Origin: Monocercomonoides exilis PA203
Lineage: Eukaryota > Protista > Preaxostyla
Direction: 5' to 3'
Assembly (NCBI GenBank): GCA_001643675.2
Contig: LSRY02000040.1
Coordinates: forward strand, 914,992 to 978,991
Length of the DNA: 64,000 nucleotides
The translations under genes and the position numbers were made by a program. This document shows, in pieces, positions 27,580 to 40,443 of this stretch. Numbering within the stretch: position 1 is the first letter of the stretch; every line of letters starts with the position of its first letter. Below the pieces are notes generated by a model. That model was not told the origin of the DNA, ran no database searches, and was given only the letters and a program-made list of their open reading frames with translations.

Positions 27580-28570
27580 GAGTCAGAAGAGCTTATTTCT
27601 CCTTCTCTCACGTAGCGCATCTTCTCCTCTGGCTTCTTCTTCCAATTTTTGCTCACTTTCTCTCCGTTCAGCTTGCTCAGCTTTCCCTTCAGAAAGCAAC
27701 CAAAGAAAAGATGATGTTGCCACAGTCCATCCGGATATGAGTCAAAAAAGGGGTTTCCTGTCAAATCGAGTGCTGTTAGCACTTTGAACTGGGCAAGGAC
27801 AGCGAAGACTTCCTCAAACTCTTCCAGATCCCAGTCGAATTCGTTGTATGACAGATCCAACGCAATCAATTTTGGAGCGGTGGGGAAGAGAGGGGCAAGA
27901 GATCCAGAAATAGCGTTATGAGAAAAATTCAAGATGGTGATGTTTTTAAAGGCATCAAAGCGAGGAAATGCTGGGATCTGGTGTCAAACATTTGGTAAAA
28001 ATATTTCGCAATCATATTTGATTTTTTTTCAAATGTGATATGTTATTCATTGAATTAAGAAAAGTTTCCAAGTAAAAAAGAAATGGCAAACTCTGTTGTG
28101 TTGTGCATATAGTTCTTCCAATGAGGGAACCCCGTCAATGTCAAGATCCGATATTTCATTGCGATCAATCCACATTCTGCGAAGCTTCTCAAATCCAGCT
28201 TTTGTTCCAACTTGATCTCTGCTTGCTTCTCGAATAGAAAATCGTGAAACTTTGTTCCCTCTTTTGTCAATTTGTTAAATAAATGGTAATAATTCTGAAG
28301 AATATTCATTTTTGAAATTTCAAACCCAATGTCAATTTCTTTTACAAAACCAACCGGAACAACCATTCCCAGGCCTTCTACTGAATTGATCATAAATTGA
28401 CCTTTTCCTTTTTGCTGACAATCGTTGTTAAAGCAAAGGTATATTGGATATTTTTTCATTAGATGTTTGTTCTTTGAAACAAGTTCTTTCAAAGTTTCTA
28501 AGTCCAACTGAAGTACAGTTGTTCCAGTAAGTTTAATGCATGAATGCTTATGATTGCTTCGATCACTCAT
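12882..28570 (-). CDS. Giant (~5,169 aa) N-terminal LRR protein with a long E/R/K single-alpha-helix rod and poly-Ser inserts (exons 28570-28326, 28260-28092, 27977-12882)
   Basis: Splicing introns 28261-28325 and 27978-28091 (both GTTTG..AG) gives continuous LRRs: VKEIDIGGNKVS, LRRMWIDRNEIS, LEELYAQHNRIP, ITILNFSHNAIS, LIALDLSYNEF and LTALDLTGNPF. The last exon is 15.1 kb with no stop. Confidence 0.85.
25430..27390 (-). repeat. Coding low-complexity E/R/K repeat (e.g. EEERKKR)n with an internal ~40-codon duplication
   Basis: RRRELEEQAK(M/L)A....EMKRKAEEEMRKMEEERKKREEE occurs twice, at ~26825-26945 and ~26045-26165. Confidence 0.85.
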
Positions 28571-28688
28571 TGTAGTGAAATGTCAAAAACAGAATAAAAA
28601 AAACCCTCTTCAATTAAAAAAAGAAAAGAAAATTTCTTATTCTTGTAAGAAAGGGTAGGATCAAACTACTGTTGAAGAAAAAAAAAAC
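28571..28688. promoter_or_regulatory. Putative bidirectional promoter
   Basis: Only 118 bp separate the divergent ATGs at 28570 (-) and 28689 (+). Confidence 0.55.
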
Positions 28689-29444
28689 ATGATTCTTTTG
28701 ATATTGTTTACTGTTGCGTTTTCTTTTGGCCACGATGGTGCTCTTGTTAATTCTGAGTTAAATGCTTTGCGATATGGCATTGATATTTCTTCTTGGCAAA
28801 GTACATTTGATGGATCTAAAGCCAAAGCTAATGGAGTGAAGTTAGTTATTTGCAGAGCTGGGCATGCATTAAACAAGGATAAATGCTGGGAAGCATTCAC
28901 AGCATCTGCGTTGAAAAATGGACTTGAACTTGGAGCATATCATTTTGCCACTTTTCATTTTACTGATGTTTCGAAAGATTATACCACTGCTCTTGCAAAT
29001 GCAAAAAATCAGGCGAATTGGTTTTTAAGTATTCTGAAAACAGCAAAAATTAATTCATATGTTGCACTTGATTTCGAAATGGAAAATGGTCATTCCATGA
29101 ATCTTAATGCTGCCCAAGCAACCGAGTGCATTTTGGCTTATATGAATATTATTAAAAATGCAGGATACAAGCCAATTCTATACAGTGGTGCAAGCATGCT
29201 GTATTCATCTGTTAATGTTACAAAAATTATGCAGCAATATCCATTGTGGTGTGCATACTACTTTAAATACGGAACGGCAATGGACTTCCCGATGTGGGAT
29301 GGCTCGTTCCCAAACACAACCTGGGGTAAAAGGATGCAAGCATGGAAGAGCAGCATCAAAATGTGGCAATTTACTTCTGAAGGATATGCCAAAAAGTATG
29401 GATGCGGAGGTACAAATTTGGATAAAGACTATTTGTACTTTTAA
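28689..29444 (+). CDS. Secreted glycoside hydrolase family 25 lysozyme (muramidase), 251 aa, intronless
   Basis: Hydrophobic signal peptide MILLILFTVAFS. GH25 motifs GIDISSWQ, GAYHF, ALDFE (DxE), PILYS, LWCAYY, MWQFTS.G and a terminal LDKD. Confidence 0.92.
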   Translation: MILLILFTVAFSFGHDGALVNSELNALRYGIDISSWQSTFDGSKAKANGVKLVICRAGHALNKDKCWEAFTASALKNGLELGAYHFATFHFTDVSKDYTTALANAKNQANWFLSILKTAKINSYVALDFEMENGHSMNLNAAQATECILAYMNIIKNAGYKPILYSGASMLYSSVNVTKIMQQYPLWCAYYFKYGTAMDFPMWDGSFPNTTWGKRMQAWKSSIKMWQFTSEGYAKKYGCGGTNLDKDYLYF

Positions 29445-29934
29445 ACTTTTTTGAGATTTCTCGAAAAATATTGATGTATCGTATTTCGAATGTATATAAT
29501 TTCCACTGTAATGTTAGTTATCAAATGTTATCAAATTTTGTTTAAAATTAATCTTATTTTTGAAAAGTTGAAATAATTCATGAGTGCTTTTAAGGTTTAT
29601 TTTTTTATTTTTGTTTTGAATTGTTTTTTGCAAAAGAGGAAAATGGGTATTTTTTACCCGTGAATAACAATTTGCTTTATTTTATGACTAAAGTGAATAT
29701 CTTTATTTTAAATATGTTTGTTCAAAAAATCATGTCGTACAAATTACTCCTTGTTGAAATATAAAAAGATCAAAAAAATTTTTTTCTTTACAAATAAAAA
29801 CGATGATTTATTCCAAACTTTTTCTTCTTTCAAATTGTTGCTAGTATTTTTTTATTTTCAAAATTTTTCAAAAATTTTCAAAAAACATCTTTATACTAAA
29901 TAAGTTTCAATAATGATTTGGGGGAAAATACGAT

Positions 29935-30185
29935 CTTTCAAGCTTTTTTTGCACAAGGTTATGAATAATTGCTTCACTCATAGCTTTATTTCACTTTATC
30001 AGATTTCAAAATAAATTTGACTTTCATATCCGTAAATATGCATCGTTGAAATCAAAACATAAAGTTTTCCTTCATTTCACGAATATCAAAAAATTTACCA
30101 ATTATTATTGTGTTTTTTGAAATGAAAAAGTCAACGAAAAGTGCATAATTTTTCGATGAAAATGCCTGAAGTGAAATATTTTTCC
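29935..30185 (+). repeat. Dispersed ~250-bp non-coding repeat, copy 2
   Basis: Direct copy of 11485-11735. Confidence 0.85.
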
Positions 30186-32539
30186 ACATTTGATAACAAA
30201 ATTCAAAAGGAAAAAAAGAATCCTCCCATATGAATGATTATTTTTGTAGTCATAACTTTTTTTCGGGGAATTGATAAATCAAAGGTTGTTCATCTTTGAC
30301 TTAAAATATTTTTTTTTTAAAAAATGAAAAATGTTTTCCATTCTTTTTAAGAGCCAATGTTTGAGATTTATTCGTAGCAAATTTTACAGCAATTGGAAGA
30401 TAATATTTTGGTATTCATATAATTACACACAATGCAGATTTTTTTCTAAAAAAAAATATTTTTCGAAAAAACATGATATCAAAAATAATCACACATATTC
30501 AAAAAAACAAAAGAATAAATAAACAAAGCAAAAGATATTTTTGTGCTCGTTTCGCAAAAATATTTTCATGTTCGAAAAGAATAAATATAAATTTGAAATA
30601 TGAATAACTTGTATTTTGTGTTTGTAATACTTGTTTTTAATGTCTCGCAATAACAGTTAGTTCATCAATATTATCCAAAAATGATGAAATCATATCGAAT
30701 ATGACCCATAAAGTTCATTGTCATATTTTTTGTGCATGAACATTTTTTGTTTTTATTCTATTTATTTTCAATCAAACATAATTACATGGAGAATTATGCA
30801 TAATCACTTTATTAATTTTCATTGATTGATTTTTTTCAATAGAAAAATCGATTTTTGATCAATCAATTCAATTTTTCGAATTTTCAGAAATATGTTGAAG
30901 AAAATCTAAATGATGTGAATTTATGATAAATATAGTTTTCACTTCGGAATAACGAGTTTTTGTGAGAATTTTCCGAAAACAGAAAATTTCACACATTTTT
31001 TGCTTATTTATTATTAATTATTTATTTCTTCTGAGAGGAATAAAATATTGTGCATTTTTTGCAATCGGATATGCGTGATTGTTAAAAAAAACACTTTTTT
31101 TCTATCAAAATTTTCTGGTTGAATATGCATTTTCAATGTCTGTTAATGAACACTGAAAAGTGAAGACTGCGTTGAATATCACATCTGCTTTTTTTTCATA
31201 TCAAACTTTAGCATTTGTAATTATTCTGAAACATAAATCATCCGAAAGGAATTTATTTTGAAATTGATTAAAAACCTTTTTGAAAACAATACACTTAAAA
31301 ATGTTGTGATTTAAAAAAAAAAATTCCCGCATTGTCTCGGAAAGTTGTTCAAAGACTGATGTGATTTTTTATGAATTGGACTGTATTTCATAAAAGATGA
31401 GTTTTTCATTATCAAGAAAAACAATTTGCAATTGTGCAAAAACTCGTTTGGAAGAGATTTAACTTTTTCAAAAGTCTTCATTGAAAGGAGTATGAATTTA
31501 TCAGTGTTTATTATCAAAATTCAAAGTAAATTCTCAAACCGAAATTTATGATAGAAAAAATTTGATTTCAAAAATTTTCACACGCATGAAACAGAGTGAT
31601 ATTCTTCTAAAAAAACTTTTGCAAACTTTGCTATCAATTGATTTTCAAATATGTGCTCATATTTTTTGTTGAAATGTGATTGCAGAAGCAACAGGAAGTT
31701 ATATTTCAAGTGTCAATGATCATAATTGTGATATTTTTTCAAAAAGTTTTCGTTGTTAAATATGAAGTTTTATAAAAAATGAACATTTTTTTATTTTTGC
31801 TGCACATCATTCAAAATTTCACCACAGTGTCATGAATCTCACGTTCAAAAAGTTTGCGCATTTTTATATAAGCTGTGGAAAAATTAGGTGTTGATGGGAA
31901 AGCTGATCGTTAATGAGATGATCAGATTAAACCAAGAATAAAACATTCGCGGTTTTTTTAAAAATAAGAAAAGAACATTCTGAAGTTATTTTACACATCT
32001 ATTTCGTCGATCCACTTCATGATTCGAATATTTTTATCTCACCTGTATTTGAGATTGAATAAAAGCGGATTTGTGTCAAAATGAAATTATCAAAAACTAA
32101 TAACAGTTTTGCTTTTATTTCTGACAAAAGTTCCAACAAAAATTTTGAAGTCAAAAAGAATCACAAATATTGAAAAAAAAAACAAAACTGCCTCATCCTT
32201 TTTTCGAATGATTTTTTTCATTTTGAATGCTGTTATCAAAGGTTATTTGAAAGAAACATTATGAAAAAATAAAAAAATTTTCTTTTTAGTTCGAGGAAAT
32301 AAGGTTCTTTGTAATTTGGGAAGTTTTAACAACAACAAAAATTGCATAACTTTTATGTATTAGTATTCCACATTTTTTGATGCTTTATTATTCTGAAATA
32401 TAGCAAAAACTGCACTTTCAATTTTAATCTTCATTGCAATAGTGAACTTGCATCAAACCATTTGGATTAAACATTCATTGAATGACATAAAGTTTTTTTA
32501 TTTAATTTAATTTCATTAATTTTGTTAATCAATCAATTA

Positions 32540-32682
32540 ATTATTTTATTTTATTTTATTTTATTTTATTTTATTTTATTTTATTTTATTTTATTTTTAT
32601 TTTATTTTTTTATTTTATTTTTCATTTTTTATTTTTTATTTTTTATTTTTTTATTTTTATTTTTATTTATTTTTTTTTTTTT
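32540..32682. repeat. (TTTTA)n microsatellite / poly-T tract
   Basis: Visible pentamer array decaying into poly-T. Confidence 0.85.
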
Positions 32683-32976
32683 GATGCAAATGGAAATGAA
32701 GATATTTGATCTTGAGAAAAAAATATCAAAAAAAAATACTTAAAAAAATTGAAAGAAATAAAAATACTTAAAAATTAAATATTCAATTGATCAAAAATAC
32801 CAATAAAAGATAATCTGTGGGAGAATAAGGCAATTTTCTTGTTCTTTCTGGCTTTTTTTTCGTAAACCTATTCCAACAGCACTACGCGTGTGAATTATTA
32901 AACACTACTCAATTTTTTTGTTTCATAGTTTCCAAATGCAGGCGATTCAGATTGAATAAAACAAACAACAAACAAA

Positions 32977-34460
32977 ATGTGTTCAAGTTGCCTTTTTGAA
33001 GCAGAAAATGGATCAGAAGAGACATTGGCGTTAAAATTGTTTGAAGGTTCAGCATTTGTTCATGCGATAAAATTTTCATTCTTTCTCTTTCTCATTTTGG
33101 TTTTTCAAAAGAAATGCTTTTCAAACTAGAGGATTGTACAGCTGAAGATCAGCAAAAAATTATTGAGAAAATTTTTGAAATTATGTGGGACTTGAATGAG
33201 GAAGGAATGCGTTCTGTTTTTTCTGAAGAGAATTTCGAAAAATTGAACAAAATGATAAAAAAGAAGATATTATCTTTGGACAATGCGCTTTTGTTGATGA
33301 AGAGCATCGGATATTGCAAAGTGTTAAAAATGTTTCGGAGTGTAAAATTTGTTGAATCTTCTCTGTGCTCGGACTTGGAGTCAATGATAATTTGTGAAGA
33401 AAAGAATGAAAAAGAAGAAAGCGAACGTGGAGCAAACATCAAAGAGAGGAACGGAAAGTTGCTGACTGACCTTTGCGAATGCTATCTGATGGTTAACAAC
33501 CTCTTTTCAATCGAATTGTTATCGATTTGTGTGCCTTGCCTTTTGAAAGTTGCATTGAAGAAAGAGGAAAGTCAGGAAACAAGTGAAGAGGTGGAGATGG
33601 CTTTGCTGGCTTTGAGCAATATTGAATATAGTGTATGTTTATTACTATTTCGTTTTTGACGTTATTGAATTGTTATTTCCTCCTTTTTTGGATAGGAATT
33701 GAAAATAGAACTGTATATGAATGAGATCAAAGCGATCATTGAACATCATCAGGAGCGTCACAACCTCACTCGACTTGCCTATCACTCGGCTTGGCAGTTT
33801 TTGATAAGCAAACCTTATTTTGAGAAGGAATTTGAAGATTTGATCACAAACGATCTTCATTTTGTGAAAGAGGCAACACGAGAACTGGACGAGCTGATGA
33901 AATGCGTGGATTGGAAGAAGACAGAAAAGGACTTAAATAAATCGAAAGAGGTGCAGATAATATGGAAGTATCTGAAGACAGCTTGGAAATATTTTTCAAA
34001 ATGTCAAGCATGCTGTGAGCGGATACAATTCAATGAGTTTGCTGAAGGAGTTGTCAAACTTTTCAAAGCAGCAAAGGAGTGTGAAAGAAGTTTACAGACA
34101 GAATGCGCTTTCCTGCTGATGCAGATGACATTGGGCAAAGCAGAAAAAATCGATATTTTTGTGAGGAGTGGAGCAGCAGGATGCATTGTGGAGGAGATGA
34201 GGCAGCAGACATTGGGAGATCGCTCAATTGTCATATGCATCGCAGCATTTGAAGCACTTTCAGAAAGATTGAGCAAAAAGACCGACAACACATTCAAGAA
34301 AGCGAAATGGAAGATGATCAAAAGAGAGATATTTGACAAGTTTGAAGAAGAAGGATATGAAGATATCATTACGAGCTTTCAGGAGATGATGAGCGCTCTG
34401 AAAGAAAGATGTTGGTTCAGACTGTCCGAAAATTTGTCAGGCTATTTAATCCATATTTGA
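32977..34460 (+). CDS. Helical-repeat-like multigene family, divergent copy C (451 aa; exons 32977-33046, 33112-33632, 33696-34460)
   Basis: Same intron positions and phases as the other copies (33047-33111; 33633-33695). Motifs LCECYL and VPCLLKVALKKEES.ET.EEVEMALLAL. Confidence 0.85.
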
Positions 34461-35084
34461 ATCAAATGCTTCTCTTTATTATGAACATCTTCGCCATCAC
34501 CACCATTTCCCTTCTTTCCATCAGTTTATTCTTCTTCTCCAACTTCTTTGAAACATCAAGCGAGGAAGCCAACAGAATCATATGAATAAATTGGTTTATA
34601 GGTTTCAAGAAATGCAAGTGAAGAAAGCGAAGACAACAAGCAACATTATTTTGTTAACAGAAGAAGAAGAATAAATAAAAAGATGCTGTTTTTGTCATTC
34701 AAAAACATACACACAAGTTTCAGACACTTTGATTCTGATGCCAAACAATAAACTTTTTTGAAATTGTGTTTCTTTTTGTTTTTCGTTTCAATTTTATCAG
34801 ACTCATTCATTTTGTTTGTTTCCTTTCCTTTCTTTTTTGCTCATATTTTTATTGATAAATACTCTTTTGAGAATGGTTGTGAGGTTATTTGAATTTCAAT
34901 CAGAAGAACGAACTCAAACTGAGTTGAAAGTTTATTTCTCTGAATTAGTTTTATTTGCTTATTTGTTCATTCATTTGTTTGTTTTTAATTTTTCCAATGA
35001 TTTTTCATCGATTGCAATTACCAATCAGCAATTCTTTTGTGAAGTGATTTCTGCAGTTGAGGAAGTTTGATGGATTTGAATCTA

Positions 35085-35565
35085 TTTGAATGGAATGAAA
35101 GGCATCATTGACAGAAAAATGTTCGGTTTGCAAACATTGTTTCACTCGAATTCTTGATGACTATTTTATTTCTTTCCTGTTTATTTTTTCTTTTTCAGTT
35201 TTTTTGAAGAATTGCATCATAATCTCGATCGATGAGCTGGAGCGAAGCCAAAGAAGAAAATGGAAGAAACAAACGGGATATGTCAAAAACTTAAAGAAGA
35301 AGAAATCGATTCTGTATTTTCTGAAGGATTATTCAACATGATAGGAAAAATGGTTGAAGAAGAGAACTTGTCAGCTCTGAATTTCGTCACTCCACTGAAG
35401 CTTTTGGGATAACAATGAATTGGCAAACTTGTGAAGCATTTGCCGTTTTTCAAAAAATATGACAGTTTATTATGTGCTAGCTTGAGGAAATGAGATTCAT
35501 TCCATTATGTAACTCCAAAATGGTATCTATTTCTTTTTCATCATTTCACAGAATGACCACAAACC
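35085..35565 (+). pseudogene. Internally deleted relic of the multigene family (5' part plus 3' flank)
   Basis: A GTTTGC..TTGAAG intron-1-like segment is followed by ..KMEETNG..EEEIDSVFSEGLFNMIGKMVEEENLS..LKLLG-stop. Next comes a 52-bp block (35512-35563) that is the exact reverse complement of 48470-48521, in the 3' flank of minus-strand copy E. Confidence 0.65.
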
Positions 35566-36359
35566 CAGGCATTTGAAGTTTTTGTGAAAAAATGCTTGTT
35601 TTGTTTGCCCACTCATTCAAAATGAAGTGGAGCAACAACAAAAGAAGAAGTCAGCTACTCTTATTTTGAGAAGTTCATTTGAATGAAAGTGTTTTGGAAT
35701 GGAAGAAGAAATGCTCAAATGAAAAAGGAAGAATTTCAAATGACAACCGAGTGAATGAAGAGAATCATCAGAAGATATTCTTTTCTGACAAAAAACAAGT
35801 GAAATGATTGGGAGAGCTTTTGATGCTGATTGGAAGAATGGACAAACAGGTGAATAAAAGGGAAAAAGAATTCATTTTTGATTGACAACTTCAGAGAAAA
35901 ATATTATGAATGATTTTATCATGCTTCTTCTCCTTCATCAATTTGTTTGCTTCTTTATTCTGCAATTTCAATATTTTCAACTGGTTCCTTCAGCAAACAA
36001 TTCTTTCTTCATTTCTTTTGGATTCTTCTCCAACATCTTTTCTTTTTCATTGAAAATATAATCAGAAAGAGAATAAGCAAAGGAGAGCAGAGGATTCAAG
36101 AGGCAAAAACTGAACAATTGAACACATTGTTCAAAATGAATCTTGTTGATGAAGATGGAGGGCAATAATCAATTCAACGAAGATTCTTGATGGAATTTTT
36201 TAAAAAGAAAAGAATTTCTTATTTTCATTTTTTAAAAAAGGGAAATAAAAACCATATTTTAATTCATTCAATTCTTGTTTTCCTCCCATTTTGTGAAATG
36301 AATAAAAAAGAAAAGAAAATATTATTTTAGAGTCACAATTATCATTGAAAAGAATTTGG

Positions 36360-37811
36360 TTAAACGTTAATAAAATAATCAGAAGTATTTTTTGATAAAC
36401 CATCATAGTATTTTCTATCCAGAAAATCAAAGATTTTATGAAAACTCTCAATACAATCTTCATGTCCTTCTTCTTCCATCTTTTCAAATATCTTTCTTTT
36501 CTTTTCTTTTCTTTCCTCCTCTTCCTTTTCATCTTTATTCTTTTCTTTCAGTCTTTCTGAAATATTCAAAAAGAAATAACAACAATTCTTTATCAAATCA
36601 TCATTAATTGTTGGCTGCTGAATCTCCTCCAAAACAGCACCAACAGCTCCGCTTTTCAACAATTCATCAATTTCCACATTTCTATTTTCTGCTGCATGCC
36701 TAAGTGTATATAGGCATCCATTTAGAATTTCTTTGTAATTTTCCCTTGATGCTCGAAATACCTGAACAAAGCTGTAAAGAAGTCCAGCAATTTCTTCTTT
36801 CCACAATTCGCACGAGGAAAAGTAATTATCAATAACATTAAGCCATCTCCTTAAAATAGACACTTCTATTCTTTCATTTTCTTCTTCTTTCTTCTTCCAG
36901 TCGATACATCTTGTCAGTTCTTCCAATTCTCTTGTAGCTTCTCTTGCGAAATGCAATTCATTCACAATCACTTCTTCCAAGCTTTTGTCGTTGTAAAATC
37001 TGTTTATCAAAAACTGCCAAGCTGATTGATAGGAAAGCTGAGTGAGGTTGTGATGCTCCTGATGATATTTGATGATTTCTGTTATCCCGTTCAAATACAG
37101 TTCTTGTTTTATTTCCTTATTAAAATCAGAAAAAAATGCAAAGGTATCAAAAAGGAAATAGAAGCGAACATACGCAAAATTTGCTAATGTGATTTAAAGC
37201 CAGCAAAGCCATTTCCACTTCTTTTTGAGTTTCCTCGTTTTCTTCTTTCTTCAAGGCAACTTTCAGAAGGCGAGGCATAATGACTGAAAACAATTCCTTT
37301 GAAATAAAATCTTCATTCAGCCAAGCAAAGCATTCACACAGTTCAATAAGAAGCATTTCATCCTTTTCATCCTTTGTCTTCTCATTTTCATCAATTATCA
37401 TCTCTTTCATACTATCGCTCAATAATGAATCATCAAAAGATTCTAAGTAAATTATTTTCAGCTCTCTGTAATACCCAACATGCTTCAACAGCAAGATTGC
37501 GCTTTCCAATGATAATGTCTTTTTCTCAATCATTTGGTGAATTTTATCGAACAGTTCTTCCGTGAAAACTGATTTGAATTCTTTTTTTTCCATTTCATCA
37601 ATTAATCCATTCATCTCTTCGATTTTCTGCTTTTTCTCATCTTCTGTGCGATGCTCCAGTTCATGGAGCAATTCTGCAAAGGTTATTCAATAAAAACAAA
37701 AATTTTGTTCAGAATTGTTCAATCCAAACAAAAGAACAAACTTGAAAACTTCTTGGTTCTGGTCATAGCTTGAACTCCTTTTTCACATTTATCATCATCG
37801 CACACATTCAT
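36360..37811 (-). CDS. Helical-repeat-like multigene family, copy D (441 aa; exons 37811-37742, 37673-37174, 37115-36360)
   Basis: GT-AG introns 37674-37741 and 37116-37173 keep the frame. Family motifs are present. Confidence 0.87.
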
Positions 37812-40443
37812 TCTGCTTGTTATTAAAAATATTCAAAAAGAGGTGCAAAGCCTGGTAAATAAAAAAATAAAAGATAAATACAAACATAACTGATTATCTT
37901 GCAAAATAAAAACGTTCGCAATACAAACAGTTAAATTTTTGCTTAATAAAAAGAATTGTAAAAGAAAGTGCAAAAAATCCACAAGAATTGGCTGTATGAA
38001 GAAAGAAATGGAAATTTTTTGTTTCTTTTTGATCAAACCAATAAATTATTTAAAGAATGATTTTTATTAAATAAAAAATCATTAACTATTTGAATCACAT
38101 CTTTTTGTCCAATGGAATTAATAGCAAATACTTTAGCAAAGAGGAAAAGAAATCTGGCAGATTGAATGAGCGAACGGAAGATGTTTTTAGTTGTTTTTTG
38201 TGGAGAAGAATGAGTCTGAAAACAAGAACAGATGGTTGTTGATGGTTTGACATATTTTGTGGATTGTGTCATTTTGAGCTCATTTGTCAATGGATCATTG
38301 GGTTGCGAAAGATGATAAGAAATGAAAATCTGAAAATCATCACAAATCGTATGAACAAAAGAAAAGAAAAGAACATGATTTTGAACATGGAGAACATGCT
38401 TGAAGTGAAGAAGAAGATCAAGGCTCCAATGCACCAATTGCCAAATAATCTTGTGCCATGAAGAAAAACAATGAAGATCTGCTCCAATAGAAAAAATGGA
38501 GATTCTTCTGTTTATTGAGAGTGAAACATCAAAAGGAAATTTATTCATTTGATTGGATGTTAAAAACAGATTTGTTCATTCAAGGCCGTTTTCATTTCAG
38601 TTGAAATGAGATTTGGAAGAAGGAGGAAGACAACTTTTCCATGAGATACACTCCAGCAACGTTATTCCTCTGCAAATGAAAGGAAGAATGGGATTTTGGA
38701 GGAAAGAAAGAAATTCAATCAAATATCAGTTTCTTTGGAATGAAGAGAACAGCTTCCTTTTTGAACAAAACACAGGAAATTATTTTGTATGCTGCAATCA
38801 ACCGTTGGTGAGTTTGGATGTTTTCAATTCATCTTCAACAACATCTGCTAAACATAGAGGGGTCAGTTATAAATGCAGCTGCTGAAACACCACATCAATT
38901 CATTATCTTTCAACGATCGGTTCCGATTCAAATAGGAATTTCTATTTGCATTTGATTTCTTCGCTCCGTCTTGATGAAACGTTTTATTCAAGTGAGCGTT
39001 GAAACGGTCTATTTGCTCATCATATGATATGAAATGAGACACTGATAGCTCAGCTTCCCGAATAATAAAGAAACAAATACTTCTTTTTCCATGAAGAGCA
39101 GTTTACATCGAAAAGGCTCAGAATCATCCCAGGCATCACCTGCAATGTCGTCATCATCTTCCTATTTTTCTTCTATTGCATAATCATTATTGCTATCACA
39201 ATTTCTGTTGTCATTCTTTTCATCAGTTTCTTCTTCCTCTCCTCCGCCGCGATCAAATTCTTCTTCGAATTCTTCATTGCATCCAACTTCTGCATCTTTG
39301 CTGGATCATTCAACAGAGAAGACAACTAAATGCTCAAAACATATCACTATATAGGCTTCAGGAAATGAAAACAAAGAAATTGACAAAATGATAATGAAAA
39401 TTTGGAAGGAAGGAAAAAGAATAGGTCAGAAACAGAAATAGAAGAGTGTGATGAAGACGATGATTTAATAGATTGAAAAGGATTGAAAAGGGAGATATTT
39501 GAATTGTTTCAGGAAGACGAACAAGGAGGTTGCGTTTGGAGGATTGCGACATTGCATCGTTAAAGGATAAATTTATTAATTTTTTAATATTTTTTAATAT
39601 TTAATTTTATTTCATTTTTAAAGAAAAATTGCTCAATCTTTTAAGAGCCCAAAATAAAAATTATTTTAGCTTCAAACAAGCAAATTGAATTATGCGCGTA
39701 TTCAGTGAAATGAAATGAAAAAATAAATAAATAAATAAATAAAACCATTCATATAAAACACAAAACTCAAAGCAATTAATAAATATTGGTGATCGAAAAG
39801 AGATTTACAACAATTAAAAGATTTTTATCATTTATGCTTTTTGCATAATTGAAATAAAACAGCGAAAGCTAAAAAGAAATACTTTGGATAAAAAATGACA
39901 TTAAAAAAGAAGAAAAGAAGAATCATAAACATAAAAAGAAAGCAAATCAAAATGAAAATTTGTTGTTAAAAAGCGAGAATTCTTGATTCTCTTTCAAAGA
40001 AATACAAATAAATGAAAATCGTCAAGTTTTGAGCGAACGAAATCGAGCAAAGCTTTCAATGAAGATAAACAAATATCACTTCAGAAAACAAAAGTCTCAC
40101 AAATAAACAAACACGTAACACATACAAAAATTAAAGAGGCATAAATCAAGTTAAAAAACAAGTTCTCTCTCAGATGCTTATCATGAGAAGTACAAATTAT
40201 TCCATAGAAAAAACGAGCTTCTGAGGAACAAAATAAAAAAAAAATAAAATAAAAATAAAAAATAAAATAAAATAAAAAATCAAAAAATAAATGAATAATA
40301 AAAAAATTATGAGAGAGAACTTCAGTTTTTATTTTTCGACTTTTAAAAAAAAAATGCCTCAAAAACGGCCAATCCTTTGCGGCCAAAAAATCTGGGCGAA
40401 GAAGACTTTATATACACAAAAAGAGAATTACAACATATCACAC

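Noticed and set aside
25405-27615. 736-aa plus-strand ORF rich in S/F/L, and the many other ORFs nested in 12882-27932
   Set aside because: Antisense or alternate-frame shadows of stop-poor GAA/TCT repeats in the real minus-strand gene.
28055-28570. Separate 171-aa gene
   Set aside because: It is exon 1 plus read-through of the LRR giant; the spliced frame gives proper LRRs.
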